A stretch of 64,000 bases of DNA from Candidatus Poribacteria bacterium (GTDB taxonomy: Bacteria; Poribacteria; WGA-4E; WGA-3G). Within the stretch, counting starts at the first letter, position 1. Every line of letters begins with the position of its first letter. Shown here piece after piece: positions 46,865 to 57,542 of this stretch. The stretch lies in NCBI GenBank assembly GCA_965205015.1, contig OZ242029.1:3136001-3200000 (forward strand). Direction: 5' to 3'. The notes below the pieces were generated by a model that was not told the DNA's origin, searched no databases, and saw only the letters and a list, made by a program, of their open reading frames with translations. Made by a program: the position numbers and the translations under genes.

Positions 46865-49800
46865 ATGATTAAAAAACCTATCTATTTTTGCCTATTCCTG
46901 TTATTTGTAAATTCGCAATTCGTTTTTGCCCAAAGCAATTCAGACCATTTTCCTCATATCACTGACACACCGGGAGAACTGATCGTTCGTTTACAGCCGA
47001 ATGCGTCCGGTAAGCAGCTTGAAAGATTAAGTAGACACCTCGGGGCGGTATCTGTTCTTCCAGTTTTTCCCGCTACTACGCCTGGCGGGCAACACCCTCG
47101 GCTCCGTCGTATCTATCTGATTCGATTTCCAAGGCGTTGGGAATTGGAACCCTTACGGCGACGGTATGAACGACACGCCGCAATTGAAGCGGTTGAGATG
47201 AATCGTCTCAGCCAGCCGTGTGCGGCGATAGAGCCGAACGACCCCAATTATGCGGATCAGTGGAACCTATCTGTTCTAAATATGCCACAAGCGTGGGGTA
47301 TCGAACAGGGAAAACCACAAGTAACGGTAGCGGTTGTTGATAGCGGTATCGCGGCCCGACACCCTGAATTTCATTCGCAGCTGTGGGAAAACGTCGGTGA
47401 GATTCCGAGAAACGGCATTGACGATGACGGAAACGGCTATATTGATGACAAAAACGGATGGGATTTTAGCGATGCCCCGACCCTTCCCGGCAGTGGCGAT
47501 TGGACAGTCCGCGATAACGATCCCGAGGATGAAACTGGGCATGGGACACACGTCTCCGGTATCATTGCTGCGAAAGCGAACAACGGACGTGGCATTGCCG
47601 GGATCGCGCCGTATTGCCGTTTGATGCCCCTTAGAGCCGGTTTCAAGTATGGAGGGGGTGCTTATCTCCAGAACGACGACCTCGCCGCTGCTATTGTCTA
47701 TGCTGCCGACAATGGCGCACGTGTGATTAATATGAGTTGGGGAGATACGGTGCGTGCCTTTATCATAGAAGATGCTGTAGAATACGCACATCATCGTGGA
47801 TGTGTCCTCGTTGGTGCCGCGGGCAATTCGGCGGCAGTCGGTTCTTACTATCCTGCTGCTCTTAGACCGGTTATCTCCGTTGCGGGACTTGGGCGGGAAA
47901 AGCAGTTGTATGACGGTTCTAATTTCGGGGCGACAATTGACATCGCCGCGCCCGGTGAAGAAATTCTCAGCACGGCACTGAATGGAGAATATCGGAAGAG
48001 ATCCGGGACATCCATGGCAGCGGCACATGTTTCTGGCGTTGCAGGCTTGGTCATCGCTGTGTTCCCCGATTATAACAGTGTAGAGATTCAAGAGACCCTC
48101 ATTGCTACTGCCGAACCCCTATTTATCAATGCGCTCGTTGGTGCAGGGGTACTTGATGCATACGATGCGGTGCTCGAGGCTCGCGAGGCGCGCGGGGTTG
48201 CTCTATCCATAGAGACACCGTTCGAGGGCATAGGTGCCGATCTTCCGATTCCAAGAGCTTTCATCGCGCAAATTGATGCACATCGAATAGTCCCGCAGGT
48301 TGCAGGAACCGATAATATTAGCCATATCGAGATCATCGGCAGCGCGGGCGGTGCTGGATTTTCTGAATACTGGCTGGCGTATGGCATCGGTGAAGTGCCT
48401 GATTTATGGTATCCGTTGGGAACTGCGCAAACTGAACCGAAATTTAGTGCGTGCCTATACAAGTGGGATACCTCTGATTTTGCGGAGGGCAGGTATACGC
48501 TGCGGCTGAGTGTTAAATCTGAAAATGGAGACATCAAGAGAGCCAAGGTAGTTGTTGATGTGGCGCACGAGGCACCTCTTATTCTAAAGCATGAAGCACA
48601 ACCGTGGCTTGCGGGAAACGAATTCAATTCAGTAGTGATGTGGCAAACGGAAGCGTTAACCACGGGCGAAATCCAAATTGTTGAGGCAAACGGCACTATC
48701 GATAGAACTGTCCATTCAGACGCGGAGAATCTGCTGCATTTCGTCAATATATCCGATTTAGGCGTGCCTTCCGGGACTTATTTGTACCGATTGGCGGTGA
48801 AAAATCGCGTCGGGGTGCTGCACATCGCTGATAACAACGACGGGTTATATCAGCTTGAAGTGGACGATACGCTGATTGGTATGTCGCATCTCTCGCAAGT
48901 CGCATCCATCGACAGCGGATTGCACGCTATCGCCTCCCCGGTAGATATAAACAGAAACGGGAAGTTGGAACTCTTTGTCGTTGAAATGGAGACTGGCACG
49001 GCACAAATTCTTGAGATAGCGGATAATGGAACATACGCGCAGATTTTTTCATTTCCTGAATCAGTGTGGCCCTGGGCATCAGCGGATACAGACAACGATG
49101 GACTTATAGAGATATTGTGCAATGCTTCGGGCGTGACATTTTTGCTGGAGCAACCTGCGCAAGATGAACTTCCAACGGAACGCATCTGGGAGGCACGCGG
49201 GCAGTGGAGTAGAACGATCGCAGATGTGGATGCAGACGGCATCCCTGAGATCTTCGCTCGTGATGATGTCACGAACACCATTTCGGTATACGAGGCGGTC
49301 GAAAATAACGGTTATCGAATTGTAGCGACCCTTGAAAACCCGATGTGGGGAAACACTGGAATTAGTGCGAATTTCGCCACGGGCGATTTTGACGGTGATG
49401 GACGGACAGAGATTTTAGCGGGGGACAACAGTGGGAGAGTGTTCATACACGAGGCGGCTGGAAATGACGAATACAGACAAACTTGGATACACACGCTTCC
49501 TGAAGGAATCCCACAACTCTTTGCCGCTGGGGATATGGACGGCGATGGAAACCCCGAGTTTGCTATCTGTGCCAAAACGGGTACCCAAGTCGGCACTACA
49601 CAACTTGATATTCGTTATCATCACTGGCTTTTAACGATTTTCAAATCAGAGGGTGATGATATCTATCGTGCGGTGTGGACGCAACGCATCCGTGACGTAT
49701 GGGATGGCGGAAATGGGATGACGATTGCGGACGCGAATAACGATGGACGCAATGAACTTTGCATCGCTGTTCAGCCGAACTTCTATCTCGTGCGGTATGA

Positions 49801-50563
49801 CGGCATAGGCTATCGACCTATCTGGCACCATACCGCGACAAGCACTTTCAATCCGATTGTGGCTGACCTGAATGGGAATGGAACAAAGGCACTGCTGTTT
49901 AACAGTAATAATGCCTTGACCGTTTTTGAGACTTTTGAAACGGTTTCGTCCATTCCACCATCCACATCAGTATCTGTTGTACCAACACAGCGACCACGCT
50001 TGCATGCCGCGGTGCATTCGCCACCGAATCAGCTCTTATTGGCGTTTGACAAACCGATGGGTGTCTCTGCGACGGACGCTGGACGTTACCGTCTGCACAA
50101 GCAGGGAAACTTGGAAAGCGGTTTGGAACGTTACACGCCGCGCTCGGCGATCCTTGACCAAGCAGGCGAGCGGGTTGTCCTGACGTTCTCTCCAAAAGTC
50201 TTTCGCACAGGCAATCGTTATCAGATTGAGGCATTTCAACTTTCGGATATATACGGTGCGGATCTCGCAGAGGATGCCAGAATGCTGACGATACTGCTCC
50301 CGACACCAACGCTTGCAGAGGTGATTGTCTATCCCAATCCAGTGGCAGCGTGTAATGAGGTTACCTTCGATAAACTACCGGCGGGAACTAACATTGATAT
50401 CTATGATGTCAGTGGGAACTGTATTGCAGTATTTCCTCGGACGGAACATGGAAGGAACAGAAGAATTTGGGAGCTTTCTGGTAGTGTTAGCAGCGGGGTC
50501 TATATCTATGTCCTTTCGTCTGAGGAGCAGCGGCGCGTTGGTAAACTCTCTGTCATCCGCTGA
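46865..50563 (+). CDS. Secreted S8 subtilisin-like serine peptidase with FG-GAP repeats and C-terminal T9SS/FlgD-like Ig domain
   Basis: VAVVDSG, HGTHVSG, SGTSMA catalytic triad. DFDGDGRTE repeats. VYPNP...IDIYDVSG...SSGVYIY tail. Confidence 0.92.
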   Translation: MIKKPIYFCLFLLFVNSQFVFAQSNSDHFPHITDTPGELIVRLQPNASGKQLERLSRHLGAVSVLPVFPATTPGGQHPRLRRIYLIRFPRRWELEPLRRRYERHAAIEAVEMNRLSQPCAAIEPNDPNYADQWNLSVLNMPQAWGIEQGKPQVTVAVVDSGIAARHPEFHSQLWENVGEIPRNGIDDDGNGYIDDKNGWDFSDAPTLPGSGDWTVRDNDPEDETGHGTHVSGIIAAKANNGRGIAGIAPYCRLMPLRAGFKYGGGAYLQNDDLAAAIVYAADNGARVINMSWGDTVRAFIIEDAVEYAHHRGCVLVGAAGNSAAVGSYYPAALRPVISVAGLGREKQLYDGSNFGATIDIAAPGEEILSTALNGEYRKRSGTSMAAAHVSGVAGLVIAVFPDYNSVEIQETLIATAEPLFINALVGAGVLDAYDAVLEAREARGVALSIETPFEGIGADLPIPRAFIAQIDAHRIVPQVAGTDNISHIEIIGSAGGAGFSEYWLAYGIGEVPDLWYPLGTAQTEPKFSACLYKWDTSDFAEGRYTLRLSVKSENGDIKRAKVVVDVAHEAPLILKHEAQPWLAGNEFNSVVMWQTEALTTGEIQIVEANGTIDRTVHSDAENLLHFVNISDLGVPSGTYLYRLAVKNRVGVLHIADNNDGLYQLEVDDTLIGMSHLSQVASIDSGLHAIASPVDINRNGKLELFVVEMETGTAQILEIADNGTYAQIFSFPESVWPWASADTDNDGLIEILCNASGVTFLLEQPAQDELPTERIWEARGQWSRTIADVDADGIPEIFARDDVTNTISVYEAVENNGYRIVATLENPMWGNTGISANFATGDFDGDGRTEILAGDNSGRVFIHEAAGNDEYRQTWIHTLPEGIPQLFAAGDMDGDGNPEFAICAKTGTQVGTTQLDIRYHHWLLTIFKSEGDDIYRAVWTQRIRDVWDGGNGMTIADANNDGRNELCIAVQPNFYLVRYDGIGYRPIWHHTATSTFNPIVADLNGNGTKALLFNSNNALTVFETFETVSSIPPSTSVSVVPTQRPRLHAAVHSPPNQLLLAFDKPMGVSATDAGRYRLHKQGNLESGLERYTPRSAILDQAGERVVLTFSPKVFRTGNRYQIEAFQLSDIYGADLAEDARMLTILLPTPTLAEVIVYPNPVAACNEVTFDKLPAGTNIDIYDVSGNCIAVFPRTEHGRNRRIWELSGSVSSGVYIYVLSSEEQRRVGKLSVIR

Positions 50564-50610
50564 TTTTTTCTATTGGTGTTATGTGGAGAGACACGTTGGT
50601 TAGGCAAAAT

Positions 50611-50892
50611 ACCTGTCCCTACATTTGATGCTATGGGGTCAGGCACAAGACCTGCCCCTACATTTGATGCTATGGGGTCAGGCACAAGACCTGCCCCTAC
50701 ACTTGATGCTATGGGTCCGGTAGGAGACCTGTCCCTACATTTGATGCTATGGGTCCGGTAGAAGACCTGTCCCTACACTTGATGCTATGGGGTCAGGCAC
50801 AAGACCTGCCCCTACATTTGATGCTATAGGTCCGGTAGGAGACCTGTCCCTACATTTGATGCTATGGGTCCGGTAGAAGACCTGCCTCTACA
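50611..50892. repeat. Tandem array of 38-39 bp REP-derived units (7 full copies plus a partial)
   Basis: ACCTG(T/C)CCCTACA(T/C)TTGATGCTAT.. units start at 50611, 50650, 50689, 50727, 50765, 50804, 50842 and 50880. Two interchanging variants. Confidence 0.93.
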
Positions 50893-50897
50893 ATTCG

Positions 50898-52955
50898 CTA
50901 TTTGGGTGTATTATTGAGCGATACAAAGGCCGGATTGAGTTTGAACACATTTCGGATCGCTTTTATTGCTTTCTCCCGTTCGTTGGCTTTTAGCGCAACC
51001 TGCGCGAGATGATAATGAGGCTCGATAGCATCGCGCTGTAGATCGATGGCACGTTCCAAAGTTTTCATTCCTTTGTTGACTTGCCCTCGCCTTGATAAAA
51101 TCCAACCGAGGGTATCGTGATAAGCGGCAACATCCGGCGTCAATGTTACAGCTGTATAGGCTAACGCTTCAGCGAGTCGTAGATTGGACGAAGTCGGCAA
51201 AACGGAGTTCGCGGACGATGGGTGTGAACCTTGTGGATTGTTAATATTCACAGGTAAATGATCCTGATAATTATCCGCATAGAGGCGTGCAAGATTATTG
51301 TATGCCTCACCATATTTTGGTGCAAGGTGTATCGCCTTTTCATAGGCGCGTTGCGCCTCCAGGACACGCCCGGTTTTCATATACGCTGTCCCAAGGATAT
51401 TGTAGGTTTCATAGTCGCGAGTCGTCCCTTCTCCTACCGACGTGAGCGGGTAAACGCCGACGAGTGAGGCTTCGGCGGCGAATATGTCCGGGTTCTCATT
51501 CCCTTTTGCCTCTAAAAACAGTTCATACGCTTCAATGGCGAGCGCGTACTGACTCTCCTTAAAGTACGCAAATCCGAGTTTCCTATAGAAACTAATTGGG
51601 AGGGCACCGAGCCCTCTGCTCAACTCATACGAGTTAATGGCTTTTCTATAATATCCCTCTTGAATGTAGAAATCACCTTCCGCCAAAGAGCGTTTTACCA
51701 ACTCCGGTAGTTCGCTGATAGAAAGCCCGAAGCGAGATAGGGGACTTAATTCCATTTTTGTGTGTTTCTGATACTGCGTGAAAGCGATCGTAACGATGAC
51801 GAGAACAGCCCATAATATCAGATAGACGCGCGTTCGCTGCACCCATTGCTTGGAAAGATATCTGCCGGGGTGTATTAGCGTTAGGAAGAAGTTCGTCTGT
51901 GCGGATTCAAGCGCAGTGTCCTGCGAATCATACGGGACAGTCGTAGCATTAGGTGCTAACATCGGAAGATTAACCGACGAACCGGCAAGACGAGAGGATC
52001 GAGCGATAGATTCCGCTAAATCGTTTATCTCTTGATCTTCTTTTTCTCGTTGTGATTCCGTATCGGTTGTAAAAGTATCTGTAGTTTCGGTTTCATCTAT
52101 AGATTCAACCGGTTCATCGTCAAACTGCCCAGAATCCGGTATAGCTGCTCCTTCATCTGTAGGTTCAGTTTCCTCTATAACATCGCCCGGTTCATCGGAG
52201 AACTGTGTATGATCCGGAATATCGGTTATTTCTTCTGGAACTGCTACAGTGCTTTCACCTGAATCAACAGAAGGATTTGTGAATATTCCTTCAAATTCCG
52301 TCGACTGTTTCTCACCAGATTCGGTTGTTGAGACTTCATCTGCCGCTACATCTTCCATTTGTTCTATAAACGGATTCTCGGACGTAGCCGTTTGAAAACC
52401 TTCCGTGTTGTGAGGATGAACATTCGGTTCTGGTTCTGCTCTGTTTTGTTCTGGAATAGTTTGTGAATCTGTGAGATCTGTTGTCGCTGACGGTTCCTGT
52501 GTTTCTATCCGCTCACGAGACAGTTCGGGGTTAGACGCTTCCGGGGATGTTGAAGTGCCTCCATTGGCATAACGCGTCTCAATCCGAGCCATGCTTTTCT
52601 TCACTTCGATCCGTGTGAGCATCGAACCGGCAGTGCGGAGCGATTCGAGCGTCGAAAGCGCATCAGGCGTTGCCAACTCACCAATGGCTTCAAGCATTGT
52701 CCAAAGCGTTAAATCGTTTGACTCGACCTGTAACGCTTCAAGCAACGGCTGCGCAGCTCGAGTCGCGTTCATTTGGTGAAGTCCCATCGCGGCTTCGCGC
52801 CGGACCATTGAATCTGAATCAGCGAGCACCTCAATTAGGGGATCTATTCCGTGTGAGTTATCCTGCGAGACAAGATTCACAATAGCATTACACCGAGCGA
52901 TGCTGGGTTGCCTTGTGTCTGTTAAATTCTGGATGAGTTGTTCAAAAGATAACAT
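50898..52955 (-). CDS. HEAT repeat - acidic linker - TM - TPR membrane protein
   Basis: N-terminal HEAT units, D/E-rich linker, one TM (VYLILWAVLVIVTIAF), C-terminal TPRs. Confidence 0.85.
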   Translation of the reverse strand: MLSFEQLIQNLTDTRQPSIARCNAIVNLVSQDNSHGIDPLIEVLADSDSMVRREAAMGLHQMNATRAAQPLLEALQVESNDLTLWTMLEAIGELATPDALSTLESLRTAGSMLTRIEVKKSMARIETRYANGGTSTSPEASNPELSRERIETQEPSATTDLTDSQTIPEQNRAEPEPNVHPHNTEGFQTATSENPFIEQMEDVAADEVSTTESGEKQSTEFEGIFTNPSVDSGESTVAVPEEITDIPDHTQFSDEPGDVIEETEPTDEGAAIPDSGQFDDEPVESIDETETTDTFTTDTESQREKEDQEINDLAESIARSSRLAGSSVNLPMLAPNATTVPYDSQDTALESAQTNFFLTLIHPGRYLSKQWVQRTRVYLILWAVLVIVTIAFTQYQKHTKMELSPLSRFGLSISELPELVKRSLAEGDFYIQEGYYRKAINSYELSRGLGALPISFYRKLGFAYFKESQYALAIEAYELFLEAKGNENPDIFAAEASLVGVYPLTSVGEGTTRDYETYNILGTAYMKTGRVLEAQRAYEKAIHLAPKYGEAYNNLARLYADNYQDHLPVNINNPQGSHPSSANSVLPTSSNLRLAEALAYTAVTLTPDVAAYHDTLGWILSRRGQVNKGMKTLERAIDLQRDAIEPHYHLAQVALKANEREKAIKAIRNVFKLNPAFVSLNNTPK

Positions 52956-53079
52956 AATTCCTCAGGCGACTCTAAAATTGCGCCACTATTTTTAAGACAT
53001 TACTCCAATTAACAAAACGATTTTTAACGAAAAAGGTTTCAAACCTAATATTGGGGGTTATCAGTAGCCCGAAAACCAT

Positions 53080-53108
53080 TTGACATTTTGCGGAAAACGC
53101 CGTATCAT
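53080..53108 (+). promoter_or_regulatory. Sigma70-like promoter of the peptide-binding protein operon
   Basis: TTGACA-17-TATCAT. Confidence 0.7.
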
Positions 53109-53143
53109 AAAACGTATATTTTTTCTAAATATCGGAGAAATTT

Positions 53144-54736
53144 ATGAAACACGGTTTTTTTACAAGAATTCTCTTATGCACCCTTCTAATATCGTTACTT
53201 GCCGGGTTCTTACCGGTCCTTGCCGATTCACATCTCAAACGCGGTGGCACCTTAATTTTTGGGCGCGGTGGAGACTCCATTGGATTAGATCCTGCGCATG
53301 AAATAGATGGAGAATCCTTCAAAGTCTGCAACAACATCTACGACACGCTCGTTCAATATAAGGATGAAAGCACAGCCCTCGAACCGGCGCTTGCTGAAAG
53401 TTGGGAAAGTTCAGAAGACGGGCTGACCTGGACTTTTCACCTTCGGCAAGGTGTAACCTTCCATGACGGAACCCCTTTCAACGCCGAAGCGGTTCTCTTT
53501 TCCCTGAACCGACAGCATGATGCTACACATCCGTTCCATAAGATTGGGGGTGCCTATAACTACTGGATAGACACCGGTTTGGCAGAGGTTGTGGATACAA
53601 TTGCTGCGGTTGATGAATTTACGGTTCAAATCCACCTTAAAACGGCTTATGCGCCGTTCCTCTACACCCTTACCATCCATGCTTTCTCAATTGTGAGTCC
53701 GACGGCACTGCAAAAATGGGGTGAAGATTTTACGAATAACCCCGTCGGGACGGGTCCCTTCAAGTTCGTACGATGGGATCGCAACGATAAGATCGTGCTT
53801 GAGGCGAACGATACATACTGGGGAGGTAGACCGCCTTTAGATAGGATTATCTTCCAATCCATTCCTGATAATTCCGTCCGGCTCATCAAACTTCAGGAGG
53901 GAAGTCTCCATGCCATGGAGTTCCCGAACCCGGATGACTTGCAACAGATCCGAGATGATACTATGCTGGCGTTGATTGCGCAACCCGGCATGAACATTGG
54001 GTATTTGGCAATGAATATGGACAAAGAACCCTTTGATAATCTGAAGGTGCGACGTGCCATCAACCACGCCATCAACAAGACTGCAATTGTCGAACATCTC
54101 TATCAGGGTATGGGTATCCCTGCCAAGAATCCGATTCCACCGACACTCTGGAGTTATGACGATTCGATTGAGGATTACGACTATGACCCAGAGTTGGCGA
54201 AGCGGTTGCTGACGGAGGCGGGCTATGCGAATGGATTTGAAACAACACTTTGGGCACTCCCCGTTCCGCGTCCCTATATCCCCGATGGACGGGCACTCGC
54301 GGAGGTGCTGCAATCCGAGCTCCGCAATATTGGGATTGCGGCAAAAATCGTGACATTTGACTGGGGTACCTATCTTGAGAAAACGAAAAATGGTGAGCAT
54401 GACATCGCAATGTTGGGGTGGTTTGCGGACATAGGCGATCCGGACAACTTCCTCTACTACCTTTTGAGTAAGTCAGCGGCAAAAAAACCTGCGGGGAATA
54501 TCGCATTTTACCGAAGCGATGCGATGCAAGATGTACTCGAGCAGGCGAGGGCAAGTACGAATCAGAACGAACGCGTTTTGCTCTACCAACAAGCACAACG
54601 CATTTTCCATGAGGATGTCCCGTGGGTGCCCTTGGCGCATGCCCAGCAGATTTTAGTTATAAACCGGAAGGTGAAGAATCTCAAACTTCATCCACTGTCG
54701 TGGAAATACTTCCGCCAAATTTGGATCGAGGAATAA
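53144..54736 (+). CDS. ABC transporter substrate-binding protein, family 5 (DppA-like)
   Basis: LDPA, PALAESWE.S.DG.TWTF.LR.GV.FHDG, PVGTGPF, VRRAINHAIN. Confidence 0.93.
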   Translation: MKHGFFTRILLCTLLISLLAGFLPVLADSHLKRGGTLIFGRGGDSIGLDPAHEIDGESFKVCNNIYDTLVQYKDESTALEPALAESWESSEDGLTWTFHLRQGVTFHDGTPFNAEAVLFSLNRQHDATHPFHKIGGAYNYWIDTGLAEVVDTIAAVDEFTVQIHLKTAYAPFLYTLTIHAFSIVSPTALQKWGEDFTNNPVGTGPFKFVRWDRNDKIVLEANDTYWGGRPPLDRIIFQSIPDNSVRLIKLQEGSLHAMEFPNPDDLQQIRDDTMLALIAQPGMNIGYLAMNMDKEPFDNLKVRRAINHAINKTAIVEHLYQGMGIPAKNPIPPTLWSYDDSIEDYDYDPELAKRLLTEAGYANGFETTLWALPVPRPYIPDGRALAEVLQSELRNIGIAAKIVTFDWGTYLEKTKNGEHDIAMLGWFADIGDPDNFLYYLLSKSAAKKPAGNIAFYRSDAMQDVLEQARASTNQNERVLLYQQAQRIFHEDVPWVPLAHAQQILVINRKVKNLKLHPLSWKYFRQIWIEE

Positions 54737-54737
54737 T

Positions 54738-55763
54738 ATGAACAAATCCGTATTTCGCGTAGGTGTCACACGCGACTTCTTAGGACCCGATGGCACCTGC
54801 GATTTAGATGACATTGCCGATCCGCTTTTTGACGAAGCGGGTCTGCACTGGGAATATATTGCAGAGAATACACCTGTGTTACAAGCCGCACAGGTGCAGG
54901 ATTATGACGCGCTCTTAGTATTGGGCGCGGGGATCACGGCGGAAACATTCACAGACGCTGACAGGTTGGCTGTTATCGCTCGTTTCGGCGTCGGATATGA
55001 TAAGGTGGATGTGGCGGCTTGTACCGAAAACGGTGTGTTGCTAACGATTGCCCCTGATGGTGTTCGGCGTCCCGTTGCCACTTCCATCATGACCTTGGTC
55101 CTATCGTTGAGCCACCAGTTGTTGATAAAGGATAGACTCATCCGTGCGGGCGGCTGGAGAAACACACAGAACTATAGAGGGATGGGGTTAGTCGGCAGAA
55201 CGTTGGGGCTTGTCGGTATGGGGAATATCGGGAAAGAAGCTTTTAAACTGGCAAAACCTTTCGGGATGCGTCATATCACTTACGACCCGTACATCACACC
55301 CGCTGATGCGGCAGAAGTCGATGTAGAGCCCGTTGATCTGGACACCTTGATGCGAACGGCTGATTTTGTGTGTGTCTGCTGTCCATTAAACGAAGAGACG
55401 CGCGGACTCATCGACGCGAAACGTATCGGGCAGATGAAACCGACGGCTTATCTGATTAACACCGCACGCGGTCCAATTGTTGACCAAAAGGCACTCACGG
55501 AGGCACTTCAGGATCGACGGATTCAAGGAGCAGGACTCGATGTCTTTGAACAGGAGCCAATTGACGATGACGATCCGCTCTTAAGTCTGGACAACGTTAT
55601 TGTGACTCCGCACAGTATCTGTTGGACGGATGAATGCTTTGAAGGCAACGCCAAGAGTGCGTGCGGGAGTATCATTAACGTGGCTTCTGGGAAAATGCCA
55701 CCATATATTGTAAATCGAGAGGTTATAGATAGCCCGAGATTACAACAGAAGTTGGCGCGTTGA
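54738..55763 (+). CDS. D-isomer specific 2-hydroxyacid dehydrogenase
   Basis: RFGVGYD, GLVGMGNIG, LINTARG, GAGLDVFEQEP, VTPH. Confidence 0.93.
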   Translation: MNKSVFRVGVTRDFLGPDGTCDLDDIADPLFDEAGLHWEYIAENTPVLQAAQVQDYDALLVLGAGITAETFTDADRLAVIARFGVGYDKVDVAACTENGVLLTIAPDGVRRPVATSIMTLVLSLSHQLLIKDRLIRAGGWRNTQNYRGMGLVGRTLGLVGMGNIGKEAFKLAKPFGMRHITYDPYITPADAAEVDVEPVDLDTLMRTADFVCVCCPLNEETRGLIDAKRIGQMKPTAYLINTARGPIVDQKALTEALQDRRIQGAGLDVFEQEPIDDDDPLLSLDNVIVTPHSICWTDECFEGNAKSACGSIINVASGKMPPYIVNREVIDSPRLQQKLAR

Positions 55764-55779
55764 AACGCGGAGGAACATC

Positions 55780-56574
55780 ATGCTTACAGAACAGCAAGTC
55801 AAGCATTTTCAGACATTGGGATTTCTCGTTTTTCGGCAGGTGTTCAACCAAGAGGAACTGAACACAATACAAGAGGAGTTTGAAGCGGCGATGGCATCTG
55901 CGTATCGTCATGCGCCCTTTGATGGAACGCACCGACATTGGCTACCCATGATGGGACCCGAGACACCCTTCTTCGCGAACCTGCCGGAAGACTCGCGGTT
56001 CTGCGAGGTGGCAGAGCAACTCTACGGCGACGATGTGTTTTTCGTCGTTTCGGATGCGAACCGTTATGTGGGCAATACAGGTTGGCACCCGGATCATAAC
56101 GTTGATCCAATCAAGGATTGCTACGGGGTGAAATTCGCGTATTATCTTGAACCCGTTGATGCCGAAAGCGGGGCGTTACGGCTGATCCCCGGCTCTCACA
56201 AAAATCCGCTGCACACCGACCTGCGGGAGAATTTGAACGAGTTGGGGCTGGAGATTTGTGACGTTCCGGGGTATGTTTGCCAATCGGAACCGGGGGATGT
56301 GGTCGCTTTCGATATGCGGTGCTGGCATGCCAGTTGGGGGGGCAGCGCTGACCGTCGGATGTGCACTATCGTTTACTATAACAATCCAAGGACTCCTGTC
56401 GAAGATGCTGCCACGCGTAACCGCGCACGAAGCAACGCGAGGAGTCCGGAACAATTTAATCGACCGGGCGAGCCGCTCTACGATCCACACTGGGTCGCAA
56501 ATCCAGCGGGCAGTGAAAAACGGCAGCAATGGATTGATCGGTTGCGTGAGTTAGGATTTTTGGATACGGTTTAA
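55780..56574 (+). CDS. PhyH family dioxygenase
   Basis: WHPD, GALRLIPGSH, PGDVVAFD.R.WHAS....RR. Confidence 0.9.
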   Translation: MLTEQQVKHFQTLGFLVFRQVFNQEELNTIQEEFEAAMASAYRHAPFDGTHRHWLPMMGPETPFFANLPEDSRFCEVAEQLYGDDVFFVVSDANRYVGNTGWHPDHNVDPIKDCYGVKFAYYLEPVDAESGALRLIPGSHKNPLHTDLRENLNELGLEICDVPGYVCQSEPGDVVAFDMRCWHASWGGSADRRMCTIVYYNNPRTPVEDAATRNRARSNARSPEQFNRPGEPLYDPHWVANPAGSEKRQQWIDRLRELGFLDTV

Positions 56575-56644
56575 ACGGACGAAATTTTATAGGAGTGGGC
56601 TTTCCTCCCACGTTTGAAGATTTCGGAGGAAAGCTCAAAGATGC

Positions 56645-57196
56645 ATGAGAAAGAAAAAACAGACACGGATTGACAAGCGGATACTAAAAACGGAGTACAT
56701 GCGAATTATTCCAGACGACTCCGCACCCCTTTTTCAAGAGGAAATGCACGAGAACTTCGACTTTCGCATAGGATTTATCCACCAAGGCGTTGTTGCGCAT
56801 GTCTACGAAATCGGTATACCTGAAGAATTGGGTGCGCACGATACCGTCAAAGATATTTCTATCCCTCGCGTGTCCTGTTTTATTGTGCTTGTAACACAAG
56901 TCGTACTGCACCATATCAACCGCCTGCCAACTCTGTTCAAGCATGCAGTCTGGGAAACTATTGACGCTATCATTGATGAGGATGCCGAAGTTCCCGATAT
57001 CCTTTTGGTTATTATTGCCGACTGCATACAGAGAGCGATAGCGGAAATCAACTACAACCAATTGAAGAATGAAAGCGTCTTAAATCGGTTATGGAATAGT
57101 ATCAAGTCCGCTTATGGGGAGAAATACGCGCCAAGTGATGTTGAGATTTTCGACGATTTCTACGAATTTGAAGAGGATCCCGACGAAACAGAATAG
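56645..57196 (+). CDS. Hypothetical protein with acidic C-terminus
   Basis: 183 aa ORF with upstream GGAGG. No family recognised. Confidence 0.65.
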   Translation: MRKKKQTRIDKRILKTEYMRIIPDDSAPLFQEEMHENFDFRIGFIHQGVVAHVYEIGIPEELGAHDTVKDISIPRVSCFIVLVTQVVLHHINRLPTLFKHAVWETIDAIIDEDAEVPDILLVIIADCIQRAIAEINYNQLKNESVLNRLWNSIKSAYGEKYAPSDVEIFDDFYEFEEDPDETE

Positions 57197-57393
57197 CAGA
57201 ATAGTTATTGGGACGGTTTGCTACGCAAACCTTTCGGTTATCGGTCTTCGGTTAAAAGAGGGTTTTGTTAAACGAAAGATTCTTAACCGATAACTGACAA
57301 CCGATGCCATAAAACTGGTAACACTACCCTCTTTTTCCCAGATAATTGACCATGTTTTCCGTGAAACGTATCTATCCGCCGACTTGCAGAATT

Positions 57394-57425
57394 ATGCAAC
57401 CTTCTCCCTTCGATTCGCGTCACTA
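57394..57425 (+). promoter_or_regulatory. Putative ECF sigma promoter (autoregulatory)
   Basis: TGCAACC-N16-GCGTCA matches the generic ECF AAC/CGT pattern upstream of an ECF gene. Confidence 0.45.
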
Positions 57426-57542
57426 CATCAAAATATAGTCAAGTACCCCACCCTCCCCTAAAGAGTGAGGAGGGAACGCCGAAGATTTTGATGAATACCA
57501 AGGACCGAGATTCCAACCTATCCGTACCAATAGGAGAGATTG

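Noticed and set aside
47276-48747. 271 aa and 219 aa minus-strand ORFs
   Set aside because: Fully antisense to the well-supported S8 peptidase, with no recognisable motifs.
50573-50761. 62 aa repetitive ORF (also 7441-7800, 29788-30042 and the 16006-16850 small ORFs)
   Set aside because: Translations of repeat elements or leader DNA, lacking RBS and protein-like composition.
50611-50892. Possible CRISPR array
   Set aside because: The variable parts are only 14-15 bp and recur as two variants rather than unique spacers. No cas genes. The core is the REP seen at 669-779 and 7375-7401.
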